A stretch of DNA of 61,406 nucleotides, the filler included, from Choristocarpus tenellus KU-1152 (Eukaryota; Protista; Phaeophyceae), in the NCBI GenBank assembly GCA_964200185.2. It is 8 parts of 8 records of this genome, joined end to end, with 100 filler letters (N's around TTAATTAATTAA, not from the genome) between each part and the next. Parts side by side here need not be neighbours in the genome. Positions count along the whole stretch, not along the records: positions 25,988 to 42,851 come from CAXNAD020000750.1; positions 42,952 to 48,430 come from CAXNAD020010653.1; positions 48,531 to 52,381 come from CAXNAD020017575.1; positions 52,482 to 56,369 come from CAXNAD020017349.1; 4 more parts are not named here. One strand, 5' to 3'. Every line of letters begins with the position of its first letter. Position 1 is the first letter of the stretch. The notes below the pieces were generated by a model. It saw only the letters and a list, made by a program, of their open reading frames with translations, searched no databases and was not told the DNA's origin. Of this stretch, positions 41,101 through 52,775 are shown one piece after another. The position numbers and the translations under genes are program-made.

Positions 41101-42771
41101 GGTGGTGTAATCTAGTGTGCTTGAGAGACAGTATGAATGCTGTACCCAACTTCAATATTCTAGCAAATGGGTGTTAGAACAGAGTGGCATAATCATTGTA
41201 GGCTTATCAGTAGGGTCTGTAATAGTGATGGCGTGCTAGTGGCCTTCAGATTAAGCTGTACGTCAGCTGTGTGCTAAATTGCTCAGGTAGACGGTTTGTT
41301 TGATGTACGTATTTTGACATGTCTACAACCTTCCCCATCCCCAGTCTAAGGATCATCTCACTCACTCCTAAATTGGTGTACATATACTAGTTATGCAACA
41401 GATATCCTTGATACGCAGGGGTTACATAGTCTCTCCTAACATAATATGACTTGCCACAGTTCAACTTCTGATGGTGATTTGGGAAATTGGTCTTTGTCAC
41501 TTTTCTAATCTACCTGTACCAACTACCCCCCCTCAACCTCAATCTACACCAACAGCCCCCCAAGACACTTCGATTTAAGCCCCTAGTGGAGCGAGTTACT
41601 GGTTCCCTTTCAACAACCTCAGGACAGGCAAGAACAGGCAGTTCAGATTATGGAGCAGATGGGCACCTTGGCACCATAGTCAGCAGGGGGGGGCAGGAGT
41701 CTGTGCCTAGGGCAAGTGTCTGGGATGGGAATTATGTAGGTGGAGAAGGGGGGGGACGTGTGCGTGGGAATGGAGAAGCTACTGGTGCAACGAAATTGGC
41801 GCCTGGTGGGGAAGTATGCTTTCCTAGCTTGCAGGTGAGTTGAATATGTGTGTGCTATGTATGTGTTTATTGGGTTGGGAGTGTGTGTGTAAGAGAGAGG
41901 GGGATTTCTTTGAGGGGAAGCAATGATACAAAATTGAATATAAGGATAGAAGCCTAAGTGTTTGCTGCTGTTCAAGATTCTTCGTTCAATTCCTGACCAT
42001 CTTTGCATAGTCTGGCAATATATTTTTGTTTCTCAGTACTGTGCAAACATGTGGCAGACCTGATTCAGGAATTGCTTGTTTGGTGGCATATGAGCGTGTT
42101 GCTCATACTGGCGATTATTACACTGTTACGAGTTTTGGATGATTTGCTTTGATTTCCATTGGTTCAAAGCTGAAGCATAAAAACGAATGCTAGGGGGTTG
42201 TAGGTGATAAGAATATTGTGTCTTTTGCCATAAACTATGTTGGTTGAGGATTGCCTGTTTCCTTTGAATGATTCTGCTAACAACATCAAGAAATAAATGC
42301 ACTTGAATTCTGATTCTTCTCCCTACACCTTGTCCAATATCTAATGAGAACCTTGTAGGTGACTCCTTCATTTGGAGTATTCCTCCCTCATGTCAACATC
42401 TAATGACCATCCACCCCAAGCTTAACCCAACCACAACCACACCCAAACCTAATTGATCCCCAACTTGACCCCAGACCTAATCCTTTCTAACCCTAATCTT
42501 AACCTTATCTCTAACATACCACCTCTGGGAGGTGCATTTCTGACAATGTCAATGCCAATGCATGGCACAGGAATTGGATATTCACTCATGTTCCGAACTG
42601 GTTCGCCTTGCTGGGCTACACTGCCCCTCTCTGGTGAGAGCTTCCATCACCAATTGCAGTGCACTTGAGGTCTTGGGTCTAGCTGCTCCCCACCTGAGCT
42701 ACCTGGACCTGAGTGGCTGTGGGAATCTGGAGGGCTGGAAGCTGGGTCAATCGTCCATGTCTGAACTGCAG
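26165..42771 (+). CDS. Cysteine-containing LRR protein (F-box/LRR- or AMN1-type repeats) with RanBP2-type zinc finger; both ends outside contig
   Basis: Exons: 26165-26299, 27789-28111, 28674-~29429, 30231-30436, 30903-31416, 31712-31780, 32736-32811, ~35418-36140, 36748-~36951, 41556-41834, 42571-42771. LRR-CC motifs include LLELSLLGCPL|VTCHG, LRKLNVEGCNTL, LRDLNLSGCGFDD, LRRLSLASCHRLTE, FPSLQ|ELDIHSCSEL and LSYLDLSGCGNL. Zinc finger WHCHRCTLINGERR|STCQACR spans an intron. Three junctions are approximate. Confidence 0.85.
38263..38511. mobile_element. MITE family A, copy A3 (in LRR gene intron)
   Basis: 23-bp TIR GAGTGAAAGTATCTTAGAGGGTA / TACCCTCTAAGATACTTTGACTC with one mismatch; 4-bp TSD tcct. 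Confidence 0.92.
39450..40400 (-). pseudogene. Decayed copia integrase relic inside LRR intron
   Basis: WYHRYPLVRYEHLN (pre-integrase-like) near 40320; ISSDCG (cf. SDNG) and GIEH near 39800. Confidence 0.4.
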
Positions 42772-43002
42772 GTATGTGCGACTGGGTGTGCTTGAGTGTG
42801 CTGTTGAACTATCCCACACTGGACCCGCGGCTTTTATGGTGCTTTAATGAANNNNNNNNNNNNNNNNNNNNNNNNNNNNNNNNNNNNNNNNNNNNTTAAT
42901 TAATTAANNNNNNNNNNNNNNNNNNNNNNNNNNNNNNNNNNNNNNNNNNNNCTCCTTATTATCGGCGACGTCAACATCTTCGCGGTCTAGCCACATCACC
43001 CC

Positions 43003-43164
43003 AGGGGGGGGGGGGGTCTACACCAGAGTGTCCATTTGGATCGAAACCAGGAAAAGTACACTTTTATTATCCATCCAACGTATGGAACCAAATCACCCAA
43101 AAATCGAGACATGAAAAATTGGCCACAAATGGACAGCCGCCACCCCCCCCAGATACTTTGAGCC
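43003..43164. mobile_element. MITE family B, copy B2, abutting or nested in A4
   Basis: Interior collinear with B1 and ends CCCAGATACTTTGAGCC; family-A interior resumes immediately at 43165. Left TIR missing. Confidence 0.8.
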
Positions 43165-43306
43165 CGGACCCACCTTTTCATAGAGTATACATTTTACCTA
43201 CTCCGAAATATTTAGGAGTAGGTGAAAGTCGTATAAACCCCAAGGGAAGTCAAACCCCAAATGGACAAACAGGGCAAAACTCGTACCCTCTAAGATACGT
43301 TCACTC
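43165..43306. mobile_element. MITE family A, copy A4 (partial, inverted)
   Basis: Reverse-oriented A interior ending TACCCTCTAAGATACGTTCACTC. Confidence 0.85.
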
Positions 43307-43927
43307 TTCTTGTCCACGATGCAGGAGGCTGTAGATCAAGCTAGTGCACCTTCCACTGTGTAGCTGTTTGGTCAGGGTGCTTACATTTCGTCAGCGGTCC
43401 CAGCCAGCATATCAGCGGGTTTGACTGAGTCACACTCGGCACCTGACTTGCAAACTACATGATGACTTACCTGCTTTGTTGTCCATTGCCCAGTCCCTTC
43501 TAAATCAGTTGGAAGAGTTAAAAGTTGCTATTGCAGCTAGTGGAGGGAGTAATAGATTGGAGAGGGGAATTGTGCGTCGGAGTTCAGGTCAAGCTCTGCC
43601 AATTTGAATGTCCCCTGTTTGTGCACATATGCTGTCTGTAAGTGTATAGATAAGAGTTCACATCATACCCACGGGTGTTTCAACAACCCAGCCAATGTGG
43701 AAAAGTGCCAGGTACAGAAGGAGTTATTAGGTAGGTCGTCTGATACTCTCCTTGCACGGTTAGAGGCCTTGAAACAGGAATTAATACATCGTGCTGACAT
43801 CAACTGCAGTGCTTCCACCAGTAGTCCCTGCAACTGTTACAGCACGCTCCATAGCTTACCTCCATGGGATGCATAGCTCCAGTCCACAAACCTACAGATA
43901 ATGCTGATGCATGTACAGGTTTCCTGA

Positions 43928-44186
43928 GAGTTGAAGTATCTTAAAGGGTAGAGCAGCGTACATTTGGGGGCGAAAATCCAATATTGCATTTTTGATGTAA
44001 TTTTGGCGATCATGTTTGTTGGGAGATGTCAATATCCTTGTTCTAGACACACCTTTTCATAACGTATACACCTTACCCACTTCGAAACTTTTTGGAGTGG
44101 GTAAAATGTGATTATAAACCCGTGGGAAGCCAAGTCCCAAGTGGACAAACAGAGAAAAACTCGTACCCTCTAAGATAATTTCACTC
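43928..44186. mobile_element. MITE family A, copy A5 (complete, inverted)
   Basis: GAGTTGAAGTATCTTAAAGGGTA ... TACCCTCTAAGATAATTTCACTC; the flanks share only tga. Confidence 0.88.
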
Positions 44187-46374
44187 TGATGCACAAGTCG
44201 CCAAGTATGCTGGATCTCTTACCTGGACTATTCCCTTCGTAAGTATAAATCTTCATCGTATAAAAGAAACTGCCAACATGTACCACCTGGGGGCATGATA
44301 ATGACTAAATAGTAAATAGGGTAGTCAAGAAGTACAAGTATATAAAATTTAGGACTTCAAGGTCATAATGGTGTTTCATGAAACCGCCATCAAGATACAT
44401 CGCCTGTAACACAACTCCCCAAGGTAGCACCCTCCATTTCCCCCCCAGTATCCGAACCCTCTACTCCTATGAATGTGAAGGGGTACCATATTGTTCCTGT
44501 ATCGCTTGGAGTTGATTGGGAGTGTTGAGTCCACACGTTGTAGCCCTAGCTAGGCACAGCAAACAAACGAGCTTGTGTTGAGTCACTTGTGTCAACTGGG
44601 AGAGAATTTCTGAGATCTCAAATATGCAACCATCCAGGTCGGATGGTTCTTTGCAAAGAGTGTTCTCATACGAATGAATTCGACAAATGTCACCCTCAAG
44701 AGAGCCTTCCATAATTCTGTTATGTCCAGGAAGTCTCGACAGTTTCAGAACATCGTTCCTAACCTGTCCTCTCTGTTAAAGAGTGTGGCATTTGCTGCTC
44801 CTCCAATTATATTGTTGACATCCATTGGCCATCAAGCATGTTGCATTTGATGCCTGTGTCGTCAAAGTCTCACAAGACGTGTTCGTGTGCCTGATTTCGT
44901 CAATAGTCGTCTTATACTAGGCATCATCATTGACACAGTCACTTGATAATCTGGTCATTAGCTGTTGATACTTAGCACACACCTCACCCTACGTATGACT
45001 CCCGTATGCGAGATTCCTCCAGGAGCTCTAAGTTTTCAAAGGAGTTGGTGGGTAGGTGTCCTTCGTCTCTTGAAGCGGTTTAGTTCAATTTATTCTTTGT
45101 TTTGGACCAACCCCCCTTCATTGTACGAACCATTGAAGTCCCAAGCCTCAGTGCGGAAAAAATGTTCCTTAGCAATAGTGGAATTCCAGCATTGGGAGAA
45201 GAACTGGACTAGGAGAGCAAGCAGTTGTTATTCAAATACAATGATGATATCATCCATGCACCCATCGCGTAACACCCATTCACCAGACCCAAACGCATGT
45301 ACTAAGTTACCTGTCACAACCTCGCATGATCCGTACAACACCATTGTCCCAACTTACGCAAGTGTTGCATATCTCTATGTGCTACTATCCCAGTACCAGT
45401 GTCGACTGTCTGTCGTCACTACATGCCCCCCCTTTCAGAAATCATGATTGTCATTAAGTTAGAAGCGAGTGGAAGTAAACGTTAGGTATCCAGAGTTGCA
45501 TTTTAAGGATGCTGATAGATAAGTGCAACGTTCGACTTCTTTTACAAGTAGTGTAAATAAGATACTTTGTGAATTATGTCGGAAATGTTTCAATCAAAAG
45601 AGACAAAACGCTCCAAGGTCAAACTTAGAACTTCATGTGTAGAAATATGTACAAATAATAAAAGATTGAAAAAAAAAATTACGGTGCGAAATGGCCAATA
45701 CCTGGGTGCGTCTCGTATACTTTGGCTCAGCATTTCCTAGTTCAGCAATGGAGACTTTTAATGAACCTCGTATCAAGTCTGACTATTCCCTGGAACCCTA
45801 GGTTTATCAATGGTGAGTCGTCCCCCTCTCTCTGGCTTGATGATATGTACTGTACAAATACGTCACCCCTCTGGTTGATTTAAGTTACATCTGAGACTTA
45901 GTGGATAAATTAATGGAAGACGTGCTTTTCAATGAAGCCACACTTACACTACTTACTAATAGAAACAAACACGTATAAGAGGGGAAGAATAATAGTATCA
46001 TTATCATTGTACTCTATTTAAGAAGTCAATATATACTAATACTATTCTATGAATTTGCTAATGATAGATAATATGGAAAGAAGCGAGAGTAAGTTTTTTT
46101 TTTATTATTATTTCTCTTAAAATTTGCCGAAGGGAATACGATACGGTATCGTATGAGAGAGAGTGGCCGTGGATAAGCTATTTCCAAAAACAAGTGTAGG
46201 GCTGGCGCAACCCTACTTTGTGAGGTGTCTGCTGTAAACAGAATCTGACATACTGACGTCCTCCCGTCTCATACCGTTCGGTGGGATAGTGGGCTAGGTT
46301 CACTGCCCTTAATAGTGGTCATCATTTTGGTATAAGTCCTGTTTGCGGGAAAAGGTACTACAAGTTCAGTCGAG

Positions 46375-48299
46375 ATGAATGAGGAACAGATGAGGCAACA
46401 AACAGCGCAGGTGGGGCTATGGGGAGGATGATGCCCACATTTCCGTAGTTCTCAGTGTATAACTTGAGACAATGGATCAATATATGTAGCGTTATCCCTC
46501 CTCCTGCTCCCTAGATTTGAAATGTGGCCTCTCGTTTAGGTGAAGTAAACACGCGCTAACTCTCGCAACCCCGTACGAAAATCGAGTAGATAAGAGTCCA
46601 TTACTGTTACAGATGGAGACAATAACCCATTTCAATCAATAATGGAGAAGTCATCATCTTTCTGATCGCCTCAAGGAGCTCCAGTTGCATGGTTGTAATT
46701 CAAATTCGAAACTGTCTCACCTATTCGTCGACCCTTACGCCCATTTATTCCGTCTCCGCCCCTCATGTGTCGTGTACACGAAGCTGGGATCTGATCCAGT
46801 ACTACTGGAGAAGATACTTATGCAAGTGTTCGTTCCCGATACGGCCCAAGTGAGTGCTAAGTCATCGCACCAGGAGGCCTTACTGCTTGCATGCCAAGCT
46901 ACTATACAGCAGTCCTGTTTATCTCCACAAGCGAGAGGGATTTAAACTGAACCTCATTAGCTGTAATGAACAAGTTCTTCTAGCTTATGCAGCATGATAT
47001 TGTAATATTACTCCAGGAGCTTGCTATTTGCTCATATGACACGCACAAGTACACGTACATACACTAGGTCTTTGGTGCTTGACTTGCTAGACCTGGGAAC
47101 CAACTTAACCGCGAATAGTAAGAAATTCCCCCTGTAACGAAAAACCATTGATTTCCCGCTATAGATCAAGGCTGCTGAGGAGGTGCTTAAAGTGTACACC
47201 AGGGAGCCAGCATGTGTACCCCCACTTGTGCAGCAGATGCGCTCATCCCAGCACGAGCAGGCACGGCAGTTGGCGGCAGTCCTCCTCAAAAAGAAAATTA
47301 TGGCCCACTGGAAGGGCTTCAATCAGACAGAACAGGTGAACTTTTGTTGGGTTACGTGGCAAGTGGCACTGTGGCGGAGAGGACTCGAGACTATGGACAT
47401 TTTTTGAGCTCGATCATTGTGTGACAACAGTTTATCTTGCAAAGTTAAACATTTCACCATCATGCTTTAAATGTTGCCGCTGACCCTGTGAGGTCATGCT
47501 GCTCCTGATTGTAGGCATCACAGGAGATTGGTAGACTTTCACCTCTTGACTAGAGCGCTTCAAACATTTGCAAGGTTTCGCTCTCACTTACACACCACCG
47601 TGTTCCTGGTCACATACCCTTCGAGTATATATGTATTTTCCAACCAATGCAAAACGTCAATGCATATGCCCTCACTCTTCTTTTTTTTTCAAAAAAGGAG
47701 GAGATGAAGGGGGTGCTGCTGCAGGCAGTAGGGTCTGATCCTTCGCGTCTAGTGCGTCACGCTATTGCTTCTCTTATTGCGAAGCTGGCAAAATCCCTTT
47801 TTGCCAGCCCGCAGGGGTGGCCGGAGGTGAGCCATGGTAGGCTATGAGAGTCACAACAGTTCACTTTCTTACCCTGCATCTCCCTCATATTTCTGTGACT
47901 TCCTTTGTGGCTAGCTTGCACAAGCGATAGCTTGCTCTGGATAATTTGGAAACCCTGGTGTACCAGCAGGTTGAATCTTGTGGCATTGAGATGACTCATT
48001 TTTTGTGTCATTATTGCACTCTCTAGCACAAAGAATAGACAAGGCTTGCTCTGAGTAATTCCTGTTGCCCAAGTGCAAACCTCCTACTTTCACTTTTTTC
48101 TCCCGGGGTCTTGATTGGTGAATTGCCTCCCGCAGTTGCTGGACTTGGTTGCTCAGTGTGCACAGCAAGCCCAGTCTGAGGACCACCGTGAGCTTGCATT
48201 TGTGATGCTGGGGGAGTTGACAGAGACTGTGGGAGGCGTGCTTGAAGCTCACTTCAGTGTATTCCAGGGAATTTTCCTCAATGCTCTTAAGGACTCCAG
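46375..48299 (+). CDS. IPO4: Importin-4 (karyopherin beta, Kap123-like), N-terminal 5 exons; rest beyond contig end
   Basis: Exons 46375-46410, 46784-46849, 47165-47335, 47698-47826, 48136-48299 give MNEEQMRQQTAQ-LGSDPVLLEKILMQVFVPDTAQ-IKAAEEVLK...ARQLAAVLLKKKIMAHW...VRHAIASLIAKLAK...GWPE-LL...HRELAF. This is an importin-beta N-terminal domain; the PDTxxIKxA and RQLAAVLL words point to importin-4. Confidence 0.85.
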
Positions 48300-48345
48300 G
48301 TGTTAACTGTGGGCAGGGTTGATTTGGGAATGTACTCTGGGGGGG

Positions 48346-48384
<39 letters not shown>

Positions 48385-48758
48385 AAGGGGGGGGGAGGGG
48401 GGGGGGGGGGGGGGGGGGGGGGGAGGGGGTNNNNNNNNNNNNNNNNNNNNNNNNNNNNNNNNNNNNNNNNNNNNTTAATTAATTAANNNNNNNNNNNNNN
48501 NNNNNNNNNNNNNNNNNNNNNNNNNNNNNNCCCCCCCCCCCAGATACTTTGACCCGTTCCACACAAAGATTGTTCTGCAATATATGCTCGTCAGGACTCA
48601 CGTAGTACTCTGGTGTAGGACTGCTTCCTATCGGTTCAGGTTTTCCTCTACAACACTGTCTTCCGAGTTTACTTTAGAAGGCGAAGATGAAAATGCTGAA
48701 GTGCATTAACACAGGGAGTTACATACTTGACTAGCGCCATCACCCGATCTGGACTTAC

Positions 48759-49479
48759 TCAAGCCATTTGGCCACGTTGTTGACGACGATGGTGATGCCC
48801 TTCGGGTTCTCTGTGTCTTCCTGCATGGCAATCGCGAGGTCGTCATCCCCACCGTACGCAACCGATGTAGGAGCACCCCACTCTGAGGTGTTGAAGAAGC
48901 CACTTGTATGTGGAGCCGTTGGGTCCGAGAGGTCGAAAATCTCGATCCCGTCAAGAGCTGTGACAAATGCAGTCTGGTCATCGTATGGTGAGTGCGAAGT
49001 TGAAGTAAGTGTTGAAAACTATTTGTGTAATAAACAAGGATATCTTTACTACCCAAGCAGACCAACACCGGTTAGGTTATAAACATGTTATTGCAATTTC
49101 GTAAGTGATCAACTTTAAATTCCTAGAGGTCTTGACTTCAATAGCATACTAGCAGGAGATGAGACAATTTGCATTGCAAACTGTGTTCTTAGTTGATATT
49201 ATTCTGGTATTGTTGGTGTGGTTGAATGAGCTGTGGCAGTCGGGAACTGACTACTACTAATCCATGCCCTGACAATGCATTGGATGTGTTGATAATGCTC
49301 TTATCTGCATATAAGCTCACCATGGTAGAGGGTTTGTAGGCGATGATCTCGAGAGTGTCCAGCTTAGAACTGGCGACTCCACCAAGTTTGGTAAACATCA
49401 TAGGATCAGCTGTTCCACCAACCACGATGGTGGCCGCTACAAGCACGGAGGCCAACATCGAAGTAAGGCCAGTCTTCAT
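48759..49479 (-). CDS. Secreted choice-of-anchor-I / MSP130 / atypical alkaline phosphatase (PhoA)-like beta-propeller protein, first 2 exons
   Basis: Exon 49479-49321 MKTGLTSMLASVLVAATIVVGGTADP...LEIIAYKPSTM (signal peptide) and exon 48973-48759 TAFVTALDGIEIFDLSDPTAP...WGAPTSVAYG...LAIAM. The EIxAY / FVT / IxDLSDP / PTSVA series is typical of this N-terminus. Confidence 0.7.
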
Positions 49480-51579
49480 AGCTTCCTCAGCAAGCCCACG
49501 ATGGGTACAATGCACTTAAAAATGTGCCTGTCCCTGAGTTGGTTCTGGATACTCCAGTGCGACGATTGGAAGGGTGTAAGGACAATTTGGTTCATGATCT
49601 TCAAAGAAATACAAAAATCCCTCACACCAACCATACCAACTGAAGTAGAAGTACAAGCAAGAATCAAATATTCGTTGTATGTAGGCAACAAGAATATAAT
49701 GTTACATTCATCGTTTATTGATGAAGAAATTTGTTTTATTACACACTATCTAAGAAAAAGGAATATTCAGAATAAAAAGAGAAGAGATGAGAATGAAAAA
49801 AAAAAGAACAAGAAAGAACAAGAAAAGAACACGGAGAGAAGAAAAATATGAAAATAATTGAAAAGGAACAGAATTTAAATCTGTAAGGCATGTATGTACA
49901 CGTCACTACAAAATATACTAAGAAGCGTATGTATTATTGTATCATTTTTACCCTTTAGAGAAAGTTGATGAAGTAATCTGAGTTTTGTGGGCGGAGGAGC
50001 TCTGGTGGTACTGTGGTACAAAGACAACCTCCAAGCAACCTCTCGCGGGAATGGATCAAGTCAGAACCTGTTAAAACATAGGCTACTCATTCGATTTGCT
50101 TTGATACGATACAGCATGGTCAGTCCATACTGAACGTTGATTGTCCATTAACTCAGAAGATCACAGTATATAGGAAGTATAGGAACATTCGCTAACTATC
50201 ACTCATAAAGAGAGATGAATATCATTTGAGCGCCTCAATGAATGACCACACAGTTTCTATCAATCACAGTCTGCTTTGAGTGAAACATATCACAGACGTA
50301 CCCAACCAAAGTCTGACCGAAGTAAGACATCCCTTCAGACGCACCAGACCGCACTTGCAGGTGTCTTGTTGCACTATGACACACACTTGCCTCTAAACGT
50401 GTTGATCACAGCACAACCAAACATACCTTCACATCGAACACTGTCTGACTGAATACAACATGTCATTAGACCTACCAGAACAAATTCATCAGTGCTTTGT
50501 TGCGCTATGATCTTCTTCGTCACAAACCAGACACATCACAACAACACACAACACATAAGAATTAGGTTTCAACAGAACCCGAGCAATCTTTCCTACAATT
50601 GAAAGAGAGAAAGGTCCTATGGAAAAGGCGGGGATGCTTGAGAACAAGATATGCTAGGTAGGGAAAAGCCCACAAGGCAAGGGGGATGATGACTGTGATG
50701 ATGAAAAACATCGTAGATAAGGGTATGGTAGGAAAGGGACATGTGTAGTTGACTGGGTAGATTCAGACACAATGCAAGGGGTATCCAGGGAAATCCATAG
50801 AAGAAATAACGGACTAACCACGATGTTATGGTGGAGTGAAACAGGATAGACGCGTAAATGATGAATCGGATCGAAGCCTACAGTAGTGGTCCTGGCAGAG
50901 GTGGGAGTACATGTATGTGTTAATACTGTAGGTTATAAACGCTAATACTAATACGTTAGAGGTTGGTACACACGGCAGGACGGAGAAAAGTTGAAGGTCT
51001 TGTGAGAGTTTCAATATAAGGGGTAGACGGAGATGAGTAGTAGAGTGCGCCGTTTATGACACAAACATGGTTATCCCATGGAGTTCACGAAAAAAAGAAA
51101 GTAGGGATTGGGACTACGATGTATGACTGCTTAAGGAGGATTCGTGGGCATCCTTTCTACATTAACAAATCACCACAGTGAAGGAAAGTGATGAGAGAAG
51201 GCATAGTGCCCAATATTGGGATAATCAGTTCAAGTCAATAGAAGGGGTGTAGGTGGAGAGAGATTCAGGTCACAACAGTGGGGTCAATCAGATAAGATGG
51301 TCCGGCATGAATGTCTCCAACAGTTTGAGTTGCACAAGGAGCGGAAATATATATTTTCAATTGAAGGGAAGATATATGGATACTATACTTCACTCCCCTC
51401 GTTAATTTAAATATATATATATATACCTGTATTTTACTTACATATAATTGTCTAGGGAGATGCGGGTTTTTTAGATGAGCCCTGAACCATCTCAGAAAAA
51501 TGTGCACTTTCCTGATCCTAAGTACATGATGTAACTATGAATGTCGCATGTCCTAGTCAACTTACCGGTAGCTACAACT

Positions 51580-52183
51580 GATCTAGACCAATACAGGCAC
51601 ATTACACATTCTAGTCCTTACAGAACCCATCCAGACTAGTCTCTACCAGATTACGCAAGGCAATGCTGAGGATGGTGCATGAACCATGTTTGAGCAATGG
51701 GTTGATCCCTGAATAGGGGTGGGAATGTGGACTCGAGAATACAGGTACAGCACAGACATTGGATGGAGGTTATCTTTAACAGCCTTCCAAGAAAAGAGAA
51801 GTTCAAGAACGTACAGAGGAGGGGGGGGAGGGGGGGGAAGATAGACTTATGAAACTCCTAATCAAAACCAGCTGAAACCGTGTCAAAGCAATAAGTATTA
51901 CAGATTCCATCTCAAACTGCCAAGCAGTATATTTAAAAGAAAGAAAGAAAGTAAAAGGAGAGTTCAATGTCAGAAATACAAGGAGTGTGTGGGTAGCCAA
52001 GAATTGGGGTACTAAGACTATCTAGATTAATACAGGCACATTATACGTTCTAGTCCTTACGGAACCCATCCAGACTAGTCTCTACCAGACTACGCAAGGC
52101 AATACTGAGAAGGGTGCATGAACAATGTTTGAGTAATGGGTCGATCCCTGGCTAGGGGTAGGAGTGTGGCTTGAGAATACAGG
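51580..52183. repeat. Diverged ~165-bp direct repeat, period ~440 bp
   Basis: atctaga..aatacaggcacatta...gaacccatccagactagtctctaccaga...gagaatacagg at ~51581-51745 and ~52020-52183. Confidence 0.85.
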
Positions 52184-52323
52184 TTCAAAGTTTCCGGGGG
52201 GGGTGGCGGCTATCCATTTGGAGTCAATTTTTTTCATGTCGCGTTTTTTTTTTTAGTTTCATACGTCGGATGGATAATGTAAGCGCACTTTTCCTGCTTT
52301 TGGTCCAAATGTTACAGGCGCCC
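52182..52323. mobile_element. MITE family B, copy B3 (inverted, truncated)
   Basis: Starts GGTTCAAAGTTTCCGGGGGG and is the reverse complement of the B2 interior (ggcggct..ccatttg, ggatggataat, cacttttcctg). Confidence 0.8.
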
Positions 52324-52775
52324 CTCAATGCTCACATTCCAGGATGTACAACTCAAATCCAACGACCTCAAAACGACGCTANNNNNNNNNNNNNNNNNNN
52401 NNNNNNNNNNNNNNNNNNNNNNNNNTTAATTAATTAANNNNNNNNNNNNNNNNNNNNNNNNNNNNNNNNNNNNNNNNNNNNGTGTTTGGCGCGCGCAATT
52501 GTATATGACCGCGCGTCTTATACATAACGTGTGTGTCGCAGATCCCCAAAAAGGAACCTGTCCCTCCCTGACAGACCTAATAATATAGGTACAAGTATTT
52601 CGACAAGCTTGTCTTTTTCCCACCTACTATCAACTAAACTGAAATCCATTTTCTTAAAAACTACGTTTGTACCAGTAAAATTAGTTTACTGATATTGACT
52701 GTTATCTCTCTTTTTGTTGGTGTTTCTCACACACTCTCCTGTTTGTTAGATCACAAGGGCTAAGGAGTGGGAGGT

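Noticed and set aside
43325-43610. Continuation of the LRR gene after the linker
   Set aside because: Different contig, no LRR motif and no convincing exon.
44200-45450. Retroelement relic or 160-aa ORF
   Set aside because: Only faint integrase-like words; not enough to call.
48339-48430. Gly-rich ORF or G-quadruplex element
   Set aside because: Poly-G run at a contig end inside an intron; its length is unreliable.
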